Origin: Bdellovibrionota bacterium
Lineage (GTDB): Bacteria > Bdellovibrionota_C > UBA2361 > OMII01
DNA: 64,000 bases
Direction of reading: 5' to 3'
Assembly: GCA_044345405.1 (NCBI GenBank)
Contig: JBIJBE010000002.1
Coordinates: forward strand, 107,600 to 171,599
Both the position numbers and the translations under genes were made by a program. Position 1 is the first letter of the stretch. Every line of letters begins with the position of its first letter. The notes under the pieces are model-generated. The model saw only the letters and a list, made by a program, of their open reading frames with translations, did not search any database and had not been told where the DNA came from. Of this stretch, positions 39,699-50,313 are shown piece after piece.

Positions 39699-41186
39699 AT
39701 GTCAGACACCCTTCTTGGCCTCGATATCGGAAGCTCGTCGGTCAAAGCCTCACTCATCGACAGCGCATCCGGACGGGTTATCGCGCACGCCTCCTCGCCA
39801 GCGACCGAGATGGCGATCGACTCCCCCCAGCCGGGATGGGCCGAGCAACATCCCGACCTGTGGTGGGAGCACGTCTGCAACTGTCTGTCAGCACTCAAGA
39901 ATAAATGCCCTAGCGACCTAAGCCGCGTAAAGGCGATCGGCATCGCCTACCAGATGCACGGTCTCGTCCTGCTCGACCGCGACGGCAAACCGGTTCGACC
40001 AGCCATCATCTGGTGCGATAGTCGAGCGGTGCAGGTCGGAGAGACCGCCTTCCGAGCGATCGGCGAAGACACATGTCTCTCGAAGCTCGGGAACTCACCC
40101 GGCAACTTTACCGCCTCTAAGCTTGCCTGGGTGAAGGCGAACGAACCCGAGACCTTCGCCAAGGCCGCCTACTTCATGCTCCCAGGAGACTACATAGCCT
40201 TTAAGCTCACCGGTCGCTTTGGCACCACCCCTTCCGGTCTCTCGGAGGGGATACTGTGGGACTTCCAGAGCAACGAACCGGGGGTCTTCCTCCTCAAACA
40301 CTTCGGCATCTCCCCGTCCCTACTCCCACCCATCACCGGCAACTGCGCCGTGTTCGATCATGTCCGTTCAGAGGTAGCGGCTGAGCTCGGACTCCCCAAG
40401 GGCGCTGTAGTGTCGTACCGAGCGGGGGATCAACCAAATAACGCGCTTGCGTTGAACGTCCTCAACCCTGGGGAGATCGCCGCGAACGCGGGAACTTCAG
40501 GGGTCATTTACGGCGTAACGGAGAAACTCGGCGTCGATCGGCAATCGCGCGTGAATAACTTCCTTCACGTCAACAGCACTCAAGAGCGCACACGTGTCGG
40601 CGTACTCATGTGCGTTAACGGAACGGGAAGTTTCTATCGGTGGCTCAAAGGGACCCTCGCACCAGATCGCACCTATCAAGAGATCAACGCGCTCGCCGAG
40701 AGCGCTCCGATCGGAGCGCACGGGATCTCCGCGCTTCCCTACGGGAACGGCGCTGAGCGAACGCTGGGCAACAAGGTCGTTGGAGCGTCCTTAGAAAACC
40801 TCGACCTCAATCGCCACTCGCAAGCGGATATCTTCCGAGCGGGCCAAGAAGGAATCGTGTTCGCGCTCGCCTACGGACTTGAGATTATGCGGTCGATGGG
40901 GCTCTCACCGAAGCTCGTACGAGCTGGCCTCGCGAACATGTTTCAGAGCGCTCTCTTTCAGAGGACCTTCGCGACGACGACAGGGGTTCCCGTGGAATTG
41001 CTGACGACGGACGGCTCCGAAGGAGCGGCGAGGGCCGCGGGAATCGGCGTGGGATTGTACACCTTCTCAAGCGCGTTCGTTGGACTAACGCGCCACGCGG
41101 TGATCGAAACTGATTCCGCGTCATCCGCGGCGACGCACGAGGCGTATGGCCGTTGGAAGGAAGCTTTGGGGAGGCATGGGGTGTAG
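39699..41186 (+). CDS. xylB: Xylulokinase (FGGY family)
   Basis: GLDIGSSSVK, YQMHGLV, IIWCDSRA, RAGDQPNNA; adjacent to xylA. Confidence 0.88.
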   Translation: MSDTLLGLDIGSSSVKASLIDSASGRVIAHASSPATEMAIDSPQPGWAEQHPDLWWEHVCNCLSALKNKCPSDLSRVKAIGIAYQMHGLVLLDRDGKPVRPAIIWCDSRAVQVGETAFRAIGEDTCLSKLGNSPGNFTASKLAWVKANEPETFAKAAYFMLPGDYIAFKLTGRFGTTPSGLSEGILWDFQSNEPGVFLLKHFGISPSLLPPITGNCAVFDHVRSEVAAELGLPKGAVVSYRAGDQPNNALALNVLNPGEIAANAGTSGVIYGVTEKLGVDRQSRVNNFLHVNSTQERTRVGVLMCVNGTGSFYRWLKGTLAPDRTYQEINALAESAPIGAHGISALPYGNGAERTLGNKVVGASLENLDLNRHSQADIFRAGQEGIVFALAYGLEIMRSMGLSPKLVRAGLANMFQSALFQRTFATTTGVPVELLTTDGSEGAARAAGIGVGLYTFSSAFVGLTRHAVIETDSASSAATHEAYGRWKEALGRHGV

Positions 41187-41222
41187 GGGCTGCGGAACGC
41201 CAATAGAAATCCCCTAATGTAA

Positions 41223-41288
41223 CGCGGCGACCAGGAATAGTCGCCCTCCCCCTTCGCCAAGGCTTCGGGGGACATGCCGGTCGCCGCG
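41223..41288. repeat. Nested palindrome / REP-like element between xylB and xylA
   Basis: Outer CGCGGCGACC/GGTCGCCGCG; inner TCCCCC-TTCGCCAAGGCTTC-GGGGGA. Confidence 0.65.
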
Positions 41289-41313
41289 ATGTTTAGGAAA
41301 CTACTAGCCCGGG

Positions 41314-42627
41314 TTACCCAATATACCGATTAAACACCGCCTCGAAGAGTTCTTGGCGACCCGATACGTTCGGAGCTACCTCACCCTTCTCGAGCATGTA
41401 CTTCTCAAGGGTGTCAAAGGAGGCGGCGCCTTCAGAGATCTGAAGACCGATACCACTCTCCCATGAGGCGTAGCGCTTGTCGGTCATCTCCTTAAGCACT
41501 CCATCCTTACGGATATCCGCCGCAATCTTCAAACCGTGCGCGAAAGCGTCCATCGCTCCGATGTGCGCGTAGAAGAGATCGACCGGCTCGAAACTGTCGC
41601 GACGAACCTTCGCGTCGAAGTTAAGACCTCCGCGACCGAGACCACCTTGACCGAGGATCGCGAGCATCACCTGAGCGGTGGTGTAAATGTTCGTTGGGAA
41701 CTGATCGGTGTCCCAGCCGAGCAACTCATCGCCACGGTTCGCGTCAACAGAGCCGAGCATACCGTAGCTGCTCGCGTAGGCGAGCTCATGCCCCATCGAG
41801 TGTCCAGCGAGGGTCGCGTGGTTCGTCTCGATGTTGAACTTGAACTCCTTCTCAAGGCCGTAGGTCTTGAGGAACGCCATGCACGCGGCGCAGTCACTGT
41901 CGTATTGATGGGTGGTCGGCTCCTTCGGCTTCGGCTCGATCAGGAACTGCGCGTCGAGGCCGATCTTGTTGCGGTAGTCGACCGCCATAGAGAGGAATCT
42001 ACCGAGATTGTCGAGCTCACGGCGAAGTTGCGTGTTGAGAAGGCTCATGTACCCCTCCCGTCCACCCCAGAATACGTAGTTCACACCGCCGAGCTCCTTC
42101 GTTACCTCCATCGCTTTCTTGACCTGCGCGGCGGCATACGCGAAGACGTCCGCGTTACAGCTCGTTGAGGCGCCGTGAACGAACCGCTTATTACTGAAAA
42201 GATTTGCGGTTCCCCAGAGGAGCTTGATACCGGTGCGCGATTGAGCGTCTTTAAGCTTCGCGACCACGGCATCGAGGTTCTTGTTCGACTCGCGGAGGTC
42301 CTTACCCTCTGGAGCGACATCCCTATCGTGGAAGCAGTAGAACGGTACGCCGAGCTTCTCCATAAACTCAAACGCGACATCGACCTTCTTGAGCGCCATG
42401 TCGAGCGAATTAGAACCATCGTCCCATGGACGCACCGCGCATCCCGGACCAAACGGATCGCTGCCGGTTCCGCAGAAGGTATGCCACCACGCGACCGCGA
42501 AGCGAAGGTGTTCCTTCATCGTTTTGCCTTCGATCACCTCATCAGCGTCGTAGTGACGGAACGCGAGGGGATTTTTCGATTGTGGGCCCTCGTACTTAAT
42601 CTTTGGAACATCGAAATACTGAGTCAT
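41314..42627 (-). CDS. xylA: Xylose isomerase (class II)
   Basis: [53 protein letters not shown]. Confidence 0.97.
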   Translation of the reverse strand: MTQYFDVPKIKYEGPQSKNPLAFRHYDADEVIEGKTMKEHLRFAVAWWHTFCGTGSDPFGPGCAVRPWDDGSNSLDMALKKVDVAFEFMEKLGVPFYCFHDRDVAPEGKDLRESNKNLDAVVAKLKDAQSRTGIKLLWGTANLFSNKRFVHGASTSCNADVFAYAAAQVKKAMEVTKELGGVNYVFWGGREGYMSLLNTQLRRELDNLGRFLSMAVDYRNKIGLDAQFLIEPKPKEPTTHQYDSDCAACMAFLKTYGLEKEFKFNIETNHATLAGHSMGHELAYASSYGMLGSVDANRGDELLGWDTDQFPTNIYTTAQVMLAILGQGGLGRGGLNFDAKVRRDSFEPVDLFYAHIGAMDAFAHGLKIAADIRKDGVLKEMTDKRYASWESGIGLQISEGAASFDTLEKYMLEKGEVAPNVSGRQELFEAVFNRYIG

Positions 42628-42949
42628 GATCTCTCCCGAACATGTAGACGAAGCGCTCTTCGCGACCGTGGGTGACTCCATAGGAGTGAGTACCACACGA
42701 ATCGAACGACAAAAGCGACTGAAAGTTTATCCACGCTTGGAAAAAATATCCCCGGCGAGGAAGCGGTACAGCCGAGCGTTCAACAACAACGCCCTTTGAA
42801 AGAACTTCAAAAAGTGCAGTTTGGTATAGCAAGTTTACCGTTGCGGGGACATGTAAATTTTTGGGGCTATCCACTTGAAAGGACGCCAAGAGGTAGGACT
42901 CAGAATTCGGAGCGGAACCAAACTGTGATCAGGAAGAGCGCGTCGCGCA

Positions 42950-43813
42950 TCAGGATACCAACGTTATGACCGCGACGCCCGCAAGCATCAGAATAGCCCC
43001 AGGAAGACGTTCAGCGAGAAACCGTTCATCAAAGATTAATCGTCCAAGAATCACGGAAAAGAGGATGCTCACTCGTTTCAAACACACAACGTGATGAACC
43101 GGCGCAAGTTGGAGCGCGAAAAGGTATGCGCCGAGGGAAATCGCGTTACTTCCACCGATCGAGAGGAGCGAAAGGTACGATCCTTTTTGCAGCGGTCGTT
43201 TGAATCCCCCCTTCTTGAGAACGACCGGGAACATGGCGAGGGCGATACAACAAAGCTGGGCGCTCCCCCAGAAGGTCCGATTCACGCTCTGGACAACCAC
43301 TCGATCGACACAGGCGGTGACGGTCCAAAGGAACGAGAGACCGAGCATAATGCGGGGACCAGACTCGCTGAGAAGCGCGCGAAACGGAGCGAGCGCCCCT
43401 GCTTTCGCTTTATCGAGGTGCAACACGTACGAGCCGAACGTAACAAGGGTCGCCCCCAACACTCCAGAGGCGGTCGGAAGATCTCCAGTCAACATCGGGG
43501 CGAGAACGAGAAGAAACACGGGGGTGAAGGCGGTCATGGGAACGCAGATCGAAAGATCTGAGAGTTGGAGCGCCTTGACGAGCATGAGCCCACCGACGAC
43601 GTGACAACAGGTCACAAACGCGAGCAGGCCCCACACGTACCCCGGGACCGACTCCGGGATATTAGCGACGAGCGAGGGGATGAAGAATGGTAACGCGCAC
43701 AACGCGTATGACCACGAAATGAGGGGGCGAGGAATGGAGGAGCTCGCCCGTTTAGAGAGCGCGTCTCGCAACGCGTCTCCAACACCGGCCAACAATGCTA
43801 GAACGATCCACAT
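42950..43813 (-). CDS. EamA/DMT family transporter
   Basis: About 10 TM helices in two repeats. Confidence 0.8.
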   Translation of the reverse strand: MWIVLALLAGVGDALRDALSKRASSSIPRPLISWSYALCALPFFIPSLVANIPESVPGYVWGLLAFVTCCHVVGGLMLVKALQLSDLSICVPMTAFTPVFLLVLAPMLTGDLPTASGVLGATLVTFGSYVLHLDKAKAGALAPFRALLSESGPRIMLGLSFLWTVTACVDRVVVQSVNRTFWGSAQLCCIALAMFPVVLKKGGFKRPLQKGSYLSLLSIGGSNAISLGAYLFALQLAPVHHVVCLKRVSILFSVILGRLIFDERFLAERLPGAILMLAGVAVITLVS

Positions 43814-43903
43814 AGGCTGGCACACTATAGCGAATACCCAACCACAGGGAAATGAAGGGAGGGATCTACATCCAGGAGCATGCTCCCACAATCACTCAGA
43901 GCG

Positions 43904-44902
43904 CTAGGACGGCCGAGGCGCATCCATGACCAACAGGGAATTTCGAAGTGCCCATTGACGCACATCCGATGCATCTAACGTGGAGAGCCTTTCCGCCATA
44001 TCAACCGCCGTGGCGACCTGATCTTGAGAGGAGACCGGCATATCGGGGTGCCAGAGGTAGCTTCTAAGGATAGCGTCTATGTGGCGCAGAGGACGCTCCT
44101 CAGACCTAAGGATCTCGTAGCACCAGGAGAGACCGGGAAAATAGGAGTCGTTGTAGAATTCCACCAGTGAGCGATGAGTATCCCACTCATGTTGGTGTGA
44201 GAAATGCTGAAGCAAGACCAATTTGGAGGGCGAGTGGCCCAAGTAAGCCGCTTTACAGAAATACTCTCGCGCCGTATCGGGAGACACTAACCGTCGACCA
44301 TCAGTCATGAAGATCTCACCGATCACATGATAGGAGTGCGGATTCTGTTCCCGGTCCGCAACGTCAATGAGCCTCTGAATGCCGCGGTCAAACTGACTTC
44401 GCGTCAATCCGCTCCTCACATAGAGCTGAAACCACCGAGCCTCGGCTCTCGAATCCTCAAGGCTGGCGGCGAAAAGGTTGGACTTGAGATCCACCTCGTT
44501 AATATCGACGAAGCGCCCACGCAGCGATGCTTCGCACAACATCCACAATCCCTCAGCGTCGCGCACCGGAGAATCAGCCAAACACCTCGACACAGCCCCA
44601 TCTCTGCCGACCCTTTGAAACTTTTCGGCGAGTGATTTACGAGCCACATAACTCATCCGATTCACGGCGGAGAGCAACGTGTCGGCGACCGAGTAGAACC
44701 TTACGGAGCGAGCGGCCTCCTCAAAAAAGTCACCAGTGAGCTCCTCGGGGCGAGACTGGATCAGATCTCGAACAGCTTCGCGGGCGCGACGATCCTCGCC
44801 ATTCGCGGCTTCGAGCAACAGAGAGGTCCTTGCCCGTCCCATGCCAAGAGAACGGCGCGAGTCGCCCTGAGGGGTAAATCCGGGGGATAGATTGCCTGAC
44901 AT
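43904..44902 (-). CDS. Hypothetical protein (one Sel1-like repeat)
   Basis: IGEIFMTDG...AREYFCKAAYLGH. Confidence 0.55.
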   Translation of the reverse strand: MSGNLSPGFTPQGDSRRSLGMGRARTSLLLEAANGEDRRAREAVRDLIQSRPEELTGDFFEEAARSVRFYSVADTLLSAVNRMSYVARKSLAEKFQRVGRDGAVSRCLADSPVRDAEGLWMLCEASLRGRFVDINEVDLKSNLFAASLEDSRAEARWFQLYVRSGLTRSQFDRGIQRLIDVADREQNPHSYHVIGEIFMTDGRRLVSPDTAREYFCKAAYLGHSPSKLVLLQHFSHQHEWDTHRSLVEFYNDSYFPGLSWCYEILRSEERPLRHIDAILRSYLWHPDMPVSSQDQVATAVDMAERLSTLDASDVRQWALRNSLLVMDAPRPS

Positions 44903-44994
44903 ACGAGCAGTCTAGGGGGTGTTCGGCCATTATGCAAAGGATCGACGAGCCCCTTCAAGCAACAGCAATGAAGAGAGCAACTTGGAACTCGCAA

Positions 44995-46197
44995 CTAATC
45001 ATCCAGTCCATCAGAGATACCGAGCATCCCTCCTAGATACTTAAGCTTCCCCTTCAAGGTTCGATGCTTCGCCAGGATAGCCACTATAAGGGCAAGAGGT
45101 AAGACCACGTAGAAAACCAGGGTTCCCGGAAGAAACTTATCCTGCAAGAACCAGAGATATGCCCAAACACTCCAGGTAGCCGTCACGAAGGCGTAAAACA
45201 CCAACGCGGGTCCAGCGGGTAAGGTAAAAAAGACCCCACTCACAACGAGGAGCACAGCTGAAAGAAGCTGTAGCTCAATCGGCAGCGGGGTTCTATGAAT
45301 CCAGCTTCCGGTACGCAGATTGCCCAGAACGGTGGCGTGAATCTCAACTCCAGCCATAGGGCGAGAGCTCGTCGGTGTCACAAACGAGTCCTTGAGGGAA
45401 TACGAGAGACCGGTCGCCAACGTATTTCCCACCGCCACCATTTTTCCTTTGAGGAGCGCCTCATTGGTCGCTCGATCGTTTCGGAGGATCTTATAGATTG
45501 ATACCGTAGGTATCGTGCCAGGCGGTCCGTAGAAATTAATGAGATCTTGATAGGCTGGCGCGCTCCGAAGCTTGGCCCACCGCGCATAGGAGTATGGCAA
45601 CGGCAAAACATCACGCTCACTCTCTTTCGGTTGCGTGAAATAACGTACGCCCTCAACGTCGATCACATTCACCTTCACGGATCGTGTCGCTGCCGTCATG
45701 AACTCCTCACGAGGAAACACCTCAACGAGTTTCGCGGTATTAGCGATATTATCGCGCTCGACGTAGTCGAACGCCCCGATAAACGTGGGGAGCGCTCGAA
45801 GTGACGCGGCGAGCTTTTGATTGTCCTCTTGACTTGTGCCGGGGTCTCGAAAGATCAGATCCAGAAAACAGCTCTCTGCTCCGGAGGCCGCAATGGTTGT
45901 AACTAGATCACCAACCATTCCTCGCGAAAGCGGTTGAATGTGCGAGAGGCCGAGCTCACGGTACGTGGCCTCATCAAGGGCAGCGATAATAATATCAGAC
46001 GGAGGAGGGCGAACTCCCCGAACACGAAACCACACATCAGTTTGAGAAACCTCGATCCGTTGACCGACTGGAGAGAGAAAGAGAGAGGCATGAAGGATGA
46101 GAGCCCCGAGCATCATCGAGGCCATAAAGAGCACCGGCAGTACGCGCCGAAGAACCCTTTGCAATCGCCTCTTGAATTGTCGAGAAAATAGCGCCAT
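44995..46197 (-). CDS. CHASE2-domain membrane protein without output domain
   Basis: IIIAALDEAT, LDLIF, LINFYGP, MAGVEIHATV, three C-terminal TMs. Confidence 0.85.
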   Translation of the reverse strand: MALFSRQFKRRLQRVLRRVLPVLFMASMMLGALILHASLFLSPVGQRIEVSQTDVWFRVRGVRPPPSDIIIAALDEATYRELGLSHIQPLSRGMVGDLVTTIAASGAESCFLDLIFRDPGTSQEDNQKLAASLRALPTFIGAFDYVERDNIANTAKLVEVFPREEFMTAATRSVKVNVIDVEGVRYFTQPKESERDVLPLPYSYARWAKLRSAPAYQDLINFYGPPGTIPTVSIYKILRNDRATNEALLKGKMVAVGNTLATGLSYSLKDSFVTPTSSRPMAGVEIHATVLGNLRTGSWIHRTPLPIELQLLSAVLLVVSGVFFTLPAGPALVFYAFVTATWSVWAYLWFLQDKFLPGTLVFYVVLPLALIVAILAKHRTLKGKLKYLGGMLGISDGLDD

Positions 46198-46424
46198 GAC
46201 CCCTTCCCCTAACTCTGAGGTGCCCTCAAGCCTACTATCTCTTACCGACTCCTGATAGCGGCTAGATGCTTACCCCGGTGAGCCTCTAACTTCCGGGCTG
46301 CCCTCCCTACTTCAATCGGTCCAACGGGGGAAAAATAGACGAATCACGCCGAAAATATGCGTCACCCGGTCCAACCAACCCAATAACCGAAGAGAGTACC
46401 TAACACTATATACGAGATCCTCTT

Positions 46425-47474
46425 ATGGTAGCCTTAGTATCCCCAGGGCGTACGCAAGATGGAACCGCGGCCTCGACAGCTCCCGCTGCCGCGCCATCGG
46501 TTGCCAATGAAGCCATCACTCAAACAGCTGTAGATCCTCGCTCTTTTCGTCAAAGCCTCGGCCAGCAGGCGATGATCGCGACTATCAAGAACCAAGACCT
46601 CGTAAACTACGCCTACCTCGTCCTCATGAAGGAAAAGGGGCATTCCGCTCCCAACGCCTATGAGCACGCATCGGCGAAGCTTGAGAAGCTTTTCGGTGTG
46701 AATCTTAGCGAGGTAGAGCGTTTAGACGCCCGACAAGCGTCATCGCAAATCAGGATAACCGACGGCAACCGGGAGATCCTCTCAACACGTTTCGGTGTGG
46801 GAACACATAAGCAGGAGGCGCCAACCCCAGCGGCCGAGACAATAACAGGCCAAAAGATCATTAACGATCTCTATGCGAGAGCGAAGGAGCTCCAGCGAGA
46901 GTACGGAGCGAACGCTGGACGCCTCGTTGGCTCTCGAAGCAATGACCAGGACGCGATCGTGAATCGGCTCGCCGAGATCGCCGGGATCAAAGATACCACC
47001 GGGCATACGATTTGGGAGATCGCCAACTCTCACCGCACCGAAGCCTTTACCCTCAAGAGCTACGACAAGGAGAAACTCGGAAAGGAGGTCGCAGATGTCA
47101 TCGCGAGCAACCATGCGACCTTAAGCCGATTGCGTGAGGAGGAGCGCTTGAAGCCACAAACCACGGAGCGTCGCGCCCATCATCGAGAATCGACGACCAC
47201 GCGTCCCGAGCGCTCACTCGAAGGAAAGGAATTAATCGCCACTACCGTGATCGAACCGGGCGGCCGGCTCTTGAAGCATGTGCGAGATACCATCACGGAC
47301 GCGCAGGGCAACCCGGTCGTATCCGTGGAGCGAACCCGAATGAACCTGGGTCCACTCTCCTTCAATCTTCCTGGCAAGGAGTACAAGGTCAGTGAGGGGG
47401 TGCCGGAGGCGCAGGCTAAAGAGATCGCCCGCGAGTACATCAGGAACAGCTACCGACGCAATCGATCGGAATAG
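46425..47474 (+). CDS. Hypothetical protein
   Basis: 349-aa ORF with coding-like composition; no recognised motif. Confidence 0.7.
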   Translation: MVALVSPGRTQDGTAASTAPAAAPSVANEAITQTAVDPRSFRQSLGQQAMIATIKNQDLVNYAYLVLMKEKGHSAPNAYEHASAKLEKLFGVNLSEVERLDARQASSQIRITDGNREILSTRFGVGTHKQEAPTPAAETITGQKIINDLYARAKELQREYGANAGRLVGSRSNDQDAIVNRLAEIAGIKDTTGHTIWEIANSHRTEAFTLKSYDKEKLGKEVADVIASNHATLSRLREEERLKPQTTERRAHHRESTTTRPERSLEGKELIATTVIEPGGRLLKHVRDTITDAQGNPVVSVERTRMNLGPLSFNLPGKEYKVSEGVPEAQAKEIAREYIRNSYRRNRSE

Positions 47475-47630
47475 CCACGGCAACGAGCCGCGAGCTCGTC
47501 ACACAAGAATTCGATGCCAACAAAAATTGGTATCTTAATAACGGAGCAACGCTCACCATGGGTGTAGCCTCCTTCATACGGGTAGAAGAAGATCGACGAA
47601 CGGTTTTACATTGGTCATTGGCTCTGTGTT

Positions 47631-47676
47631 GTGTGGCTCACTTGATCCTCCCGAAGGAAGATCAGGTGAGCCACAC
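47631..47676 (+). promoter_or_regulatory. Long hairpin upstream of lipoprotein gene
   Basis: GTGTGGCTCAC-TTGATC...GATCAG-GTGAGCCACAC. Confidence 0.5.
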
Positions 47677-47726
47677 GCTCTACCTCGGACATTCCGTCCC
47701 GGGTGAACTCACATAAACCAAAGACC

Positions 47727-48197
47727 ATGAAACTAAACCTGATGAACATCCTCGCCGCTGGCGTCCTTCCGCTGGCCCTCTGCAACTGCACCACCACCGT
47801 GGCTCACCATGTCCCCGCCGCTCGCGGGACGGCTACTGGTGATATCAAGGTGGATGCGTTGACAAGCGTCGCAACGCAATCGAGAATCGTTCCGGGCTGC
47901 GTCACGCCTACGTGCGCGCCCGGTCGGACCTCCCTTGCGTCGGCAGCTCCTTGGACCACGTCCAATGAGGGGATCACGGTGACGACCAACCGCCTCTCCA
48001 AGGTGGAGGGATTCAACCAAGTCGCTTCTGGCGTGGGCAACCTCGCTCAGGGCGCTGGAGTCCTTACCCTTGGAATCGGCGCGGTCAACGGAAAGCTGGG
48101 TACTCGAGTGAACAACAGTTCTTACTCGTCCAGCCGTTCCGGTGTCCACCTCGGAGGATGCGCCAACCCAGACAGCCCCTACATCTACGGCTACTAA
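47727..48197 (+). CDS. Hypothetical lipoprotein
   Basis: MKLNLMNILAAGVLPLALCNC signal/lipobox; Gly-rich. Confidence 0.65.
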   Translation: MKLNLMNILAAGVLPLALCNCTTTVAHHVPAARGTATGDIKVDALTSVATQSRIVPGCVTPTCAPGRTSLASAAPWTTSNEGITVTTNRLSKVEGFNQVASGVGNLAQGAGVLTLGIGAVNGKLGTRVNNSSYSSSRSGVHLGGCANPDSPYIYGY

Positions 48198-48217
48198 CCG
48201 TGCCTTGATGTAGGTTG

Positions 48218-48283
48218 GGAATCTCCGGTGAAACCTCTATTCATATCGAATATGTTTCGCCGGAGGTTCCTGTGGTTTTTTTT
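48218..48283 (+). terminator. Probable intrinsic terminator
   Basis: GGAATCTCCGGTGAAAC...GTTTCGCCGGAGGTTCC followed by a T run. Confidence 0.55.
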
Positions 48284-48365
48284 ATACGGTTACGTCGATC
48301 TTCTTTCTCCCTTCCTTTTCTTGGCAGCACAAGACAACCGCGCGGCGAAGAGAGTCGAGCTCAAA

Positions 48366-49766
48366 CTAGCTCCCATGAAGCTCATGCATAAGGCGCGCTA
48401 CGGTACCCAACACCGAGGAGGGCTCCCCGCCGAAGCGCTCGAGCGCGTCGTTAATAATCCGCCCATCATGCTGAGCCACATCATCCGCAAGCTTCAATCC
48501 ATACGAGAGGGCATCGCCCATACGTCGCTTTTCAAGGGGCTGAAGTACCGTAAGCGCTGTGTCGATACGACGCCAATTTTCGTACCCAGGGGTATCAGTT
48601 CGAGTCGCGTGGCGTGGATGCACAAAGGTGTGCGCCAGATCGCGAAGGGAACGCCCATCCCGAACGCGAAGGAGTTCATCCATCGTAGCGGGAGAAGGAT
48701 ATTCCGTTATCGCCCTCCATATAGGAGGATCGAGGGGGGCCTTAAACTTCCCAGTACGTGAATGGCGTCCTTCATCCCGAGCGATCTCAGGCGCGAAGAT
48801 CTGAGCCCGCATCGCGGGCGATGCGGCGAGCCATAGGAAACGACCAGTCTCTACCTTCCCTCGATCGGTGTGATGGTGCGCGGCACGGCCGACGTTCGGA
48901 AATAGATTTCGCATGTAAAATTCGATGTGATGAAAGAGGTGCGTATCATGCGCGGACCCGGGAAGAGGCAACGTGTGACACCTTTCGGACATCACGGCGC
49001 TCCGGAGCCGCAAACCATGAAATCCTGTATCAAAGGCGAGGGATCGATGCAGCATCTCGTATCCGACGAGCTGCTCCCGATCAGCGCGTTGAACAGCTTG
49101 CGCGATGAAACTCGCGCGAGAATCACCACACTGATGGTCAAGCACGGCGTTGAGGATCTCATTTCGGAGATTCGCGAGTGCGAGACTAACGTCAGACCTA
49201 CCGCTCTCCGTCGCGAGATCCTCCCCGAGGAGGTGCCGCGTTACCGAAAATCCCAGCGCCGCGTGGTCGACCCCAAGAGCCCCACTCTGAGGTCTCGCAA
49301 AAAGCGCTGGCTCATAGAGCCTCCCCACGTCATGCAAAAGGGAGGGAAGAATGAAAAGCTCGTGATATGGAGAGAGATCCTCCTCCAACGCCAGCCGCAA
49401 TCCAGCGATCGGATCCTTGTAGAGAACGTGCCGCTTGTCATGTCCAGGATGTCCGTAACCGATCGAGGCATGAACAAACGATATGACCCGCTCAGCGATC
49501 CCCTGAATCCGCTCCCTACCCTCCGGACCTTGAAGCCACTCACTGACGGCACGCTCCTGTTCTGGGGTATTGAGCATCTCGGGACGAGGCTCCCGCCCCA
49601 ACGCGTCCTTATAAAAGGAACGAAACTGCCCCGCCGCCTCCAGCGAGAGTTGATGAAAGGCGCGAATATCCTCTGGGTGGGAACCTGGCGTAGGAAAACC
49701 GAACTCGCCGACAACGGTGCGAGCAACGGAGAGAGACGGGGCAACATTACTCGTGAAGAGTGTCAT
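48366..49766 (-). CDS. HD-domain protein
   Basis: GHDKRH...LLHDVGR...DHA...DHQ...ADREQ metal-binding pattern. Confidence 0.65.
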   Translation of the reverse strand: MTLFTSNVAPSLSVARTVVGEFGFPTPGSHPEDIRAFHQLSLEAAGQFRSFYKDALGREPRPEMLNTPEQERAVSEWLQGPEGRERIQGIAERVISFVHASIGYGHPGHDKRHVLYKDPIAGLRLALEEDLSPYHELFILPSLLHDVGRLYEPALFARPQSGALGVDHAALGFSVTRHLLGEDLATESGRSDVSLALANLRNEILNAVLDHQCGDSRASFIAQAVQRADREQLVGYEMLHRSLAFDTGFHGLRLRSAVMSERCHTLPLPGSAHDTHLFHHIEFYMRNLFPNVGRAAHHHTDRGKVETGRFLWLAASPAMRAQIFAPEIARDEGRHSRTGKFKAPLDPPIWRAITEYPSPATMDELLRVRDGRSLRDLAHTFVHPRHATRTDTPGYENWRRIDTALTVLQPLEKRRMGDALSYGLKLADDVAQHDGRIINDALERFGGEPSSVLGTVARLMHELHGS

Positions 49767-50313
49767 ACAGCGTATACGAGAGGCCACCGAGCGTGCCTCT
49801 ACGTTGTTGATATGAGCCTAACATGAAACCTCGACGCACAACTCGAGGGGCCGTAACCGTCGATAATGAGAGGGCGCGGCCTCCGCGAGGCCAAGAGGTC
49901 AAGTTACGAAAAAACCCTACGACGATCTCGCGGTGAAGCGCTCCATGCGCTCCAAGAAAGGTCTCTATCCAGGATACCGCAAACTTCGGTGCCAATCCTC
50001 GTGACCGTGCGCGGTATCGAAGGTAAGGTCTTCACCCTCACAAGGCACAAACTGACGGAGGGTCTCTCCAAACTGAGCCGCTTCAGTTGTTACAGGGATT
50101 ACCGGCGCGGACTGCGCGCTGCAATCTTCGGGACGTTTAGACTGTTGCTGGGGATCTACTGCCATACACACACCTCGTGTACATGAAAATTACAACGCGC
50201 CACATTCGCCCTCAATCGGCGAATCGGCGGACTACGCAGAATAGCGCCTATGACCATCGATTGAAAAGAGGGGGAAGAAAAATCTTCAGATTGCGCGGCA
50301 ACCCATCTCCGCT

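Noticed and set aside
48927-49826. 299-aa + strand ORF
   Set aside because: Antisense to the HD-domain gene and lacks motifs.
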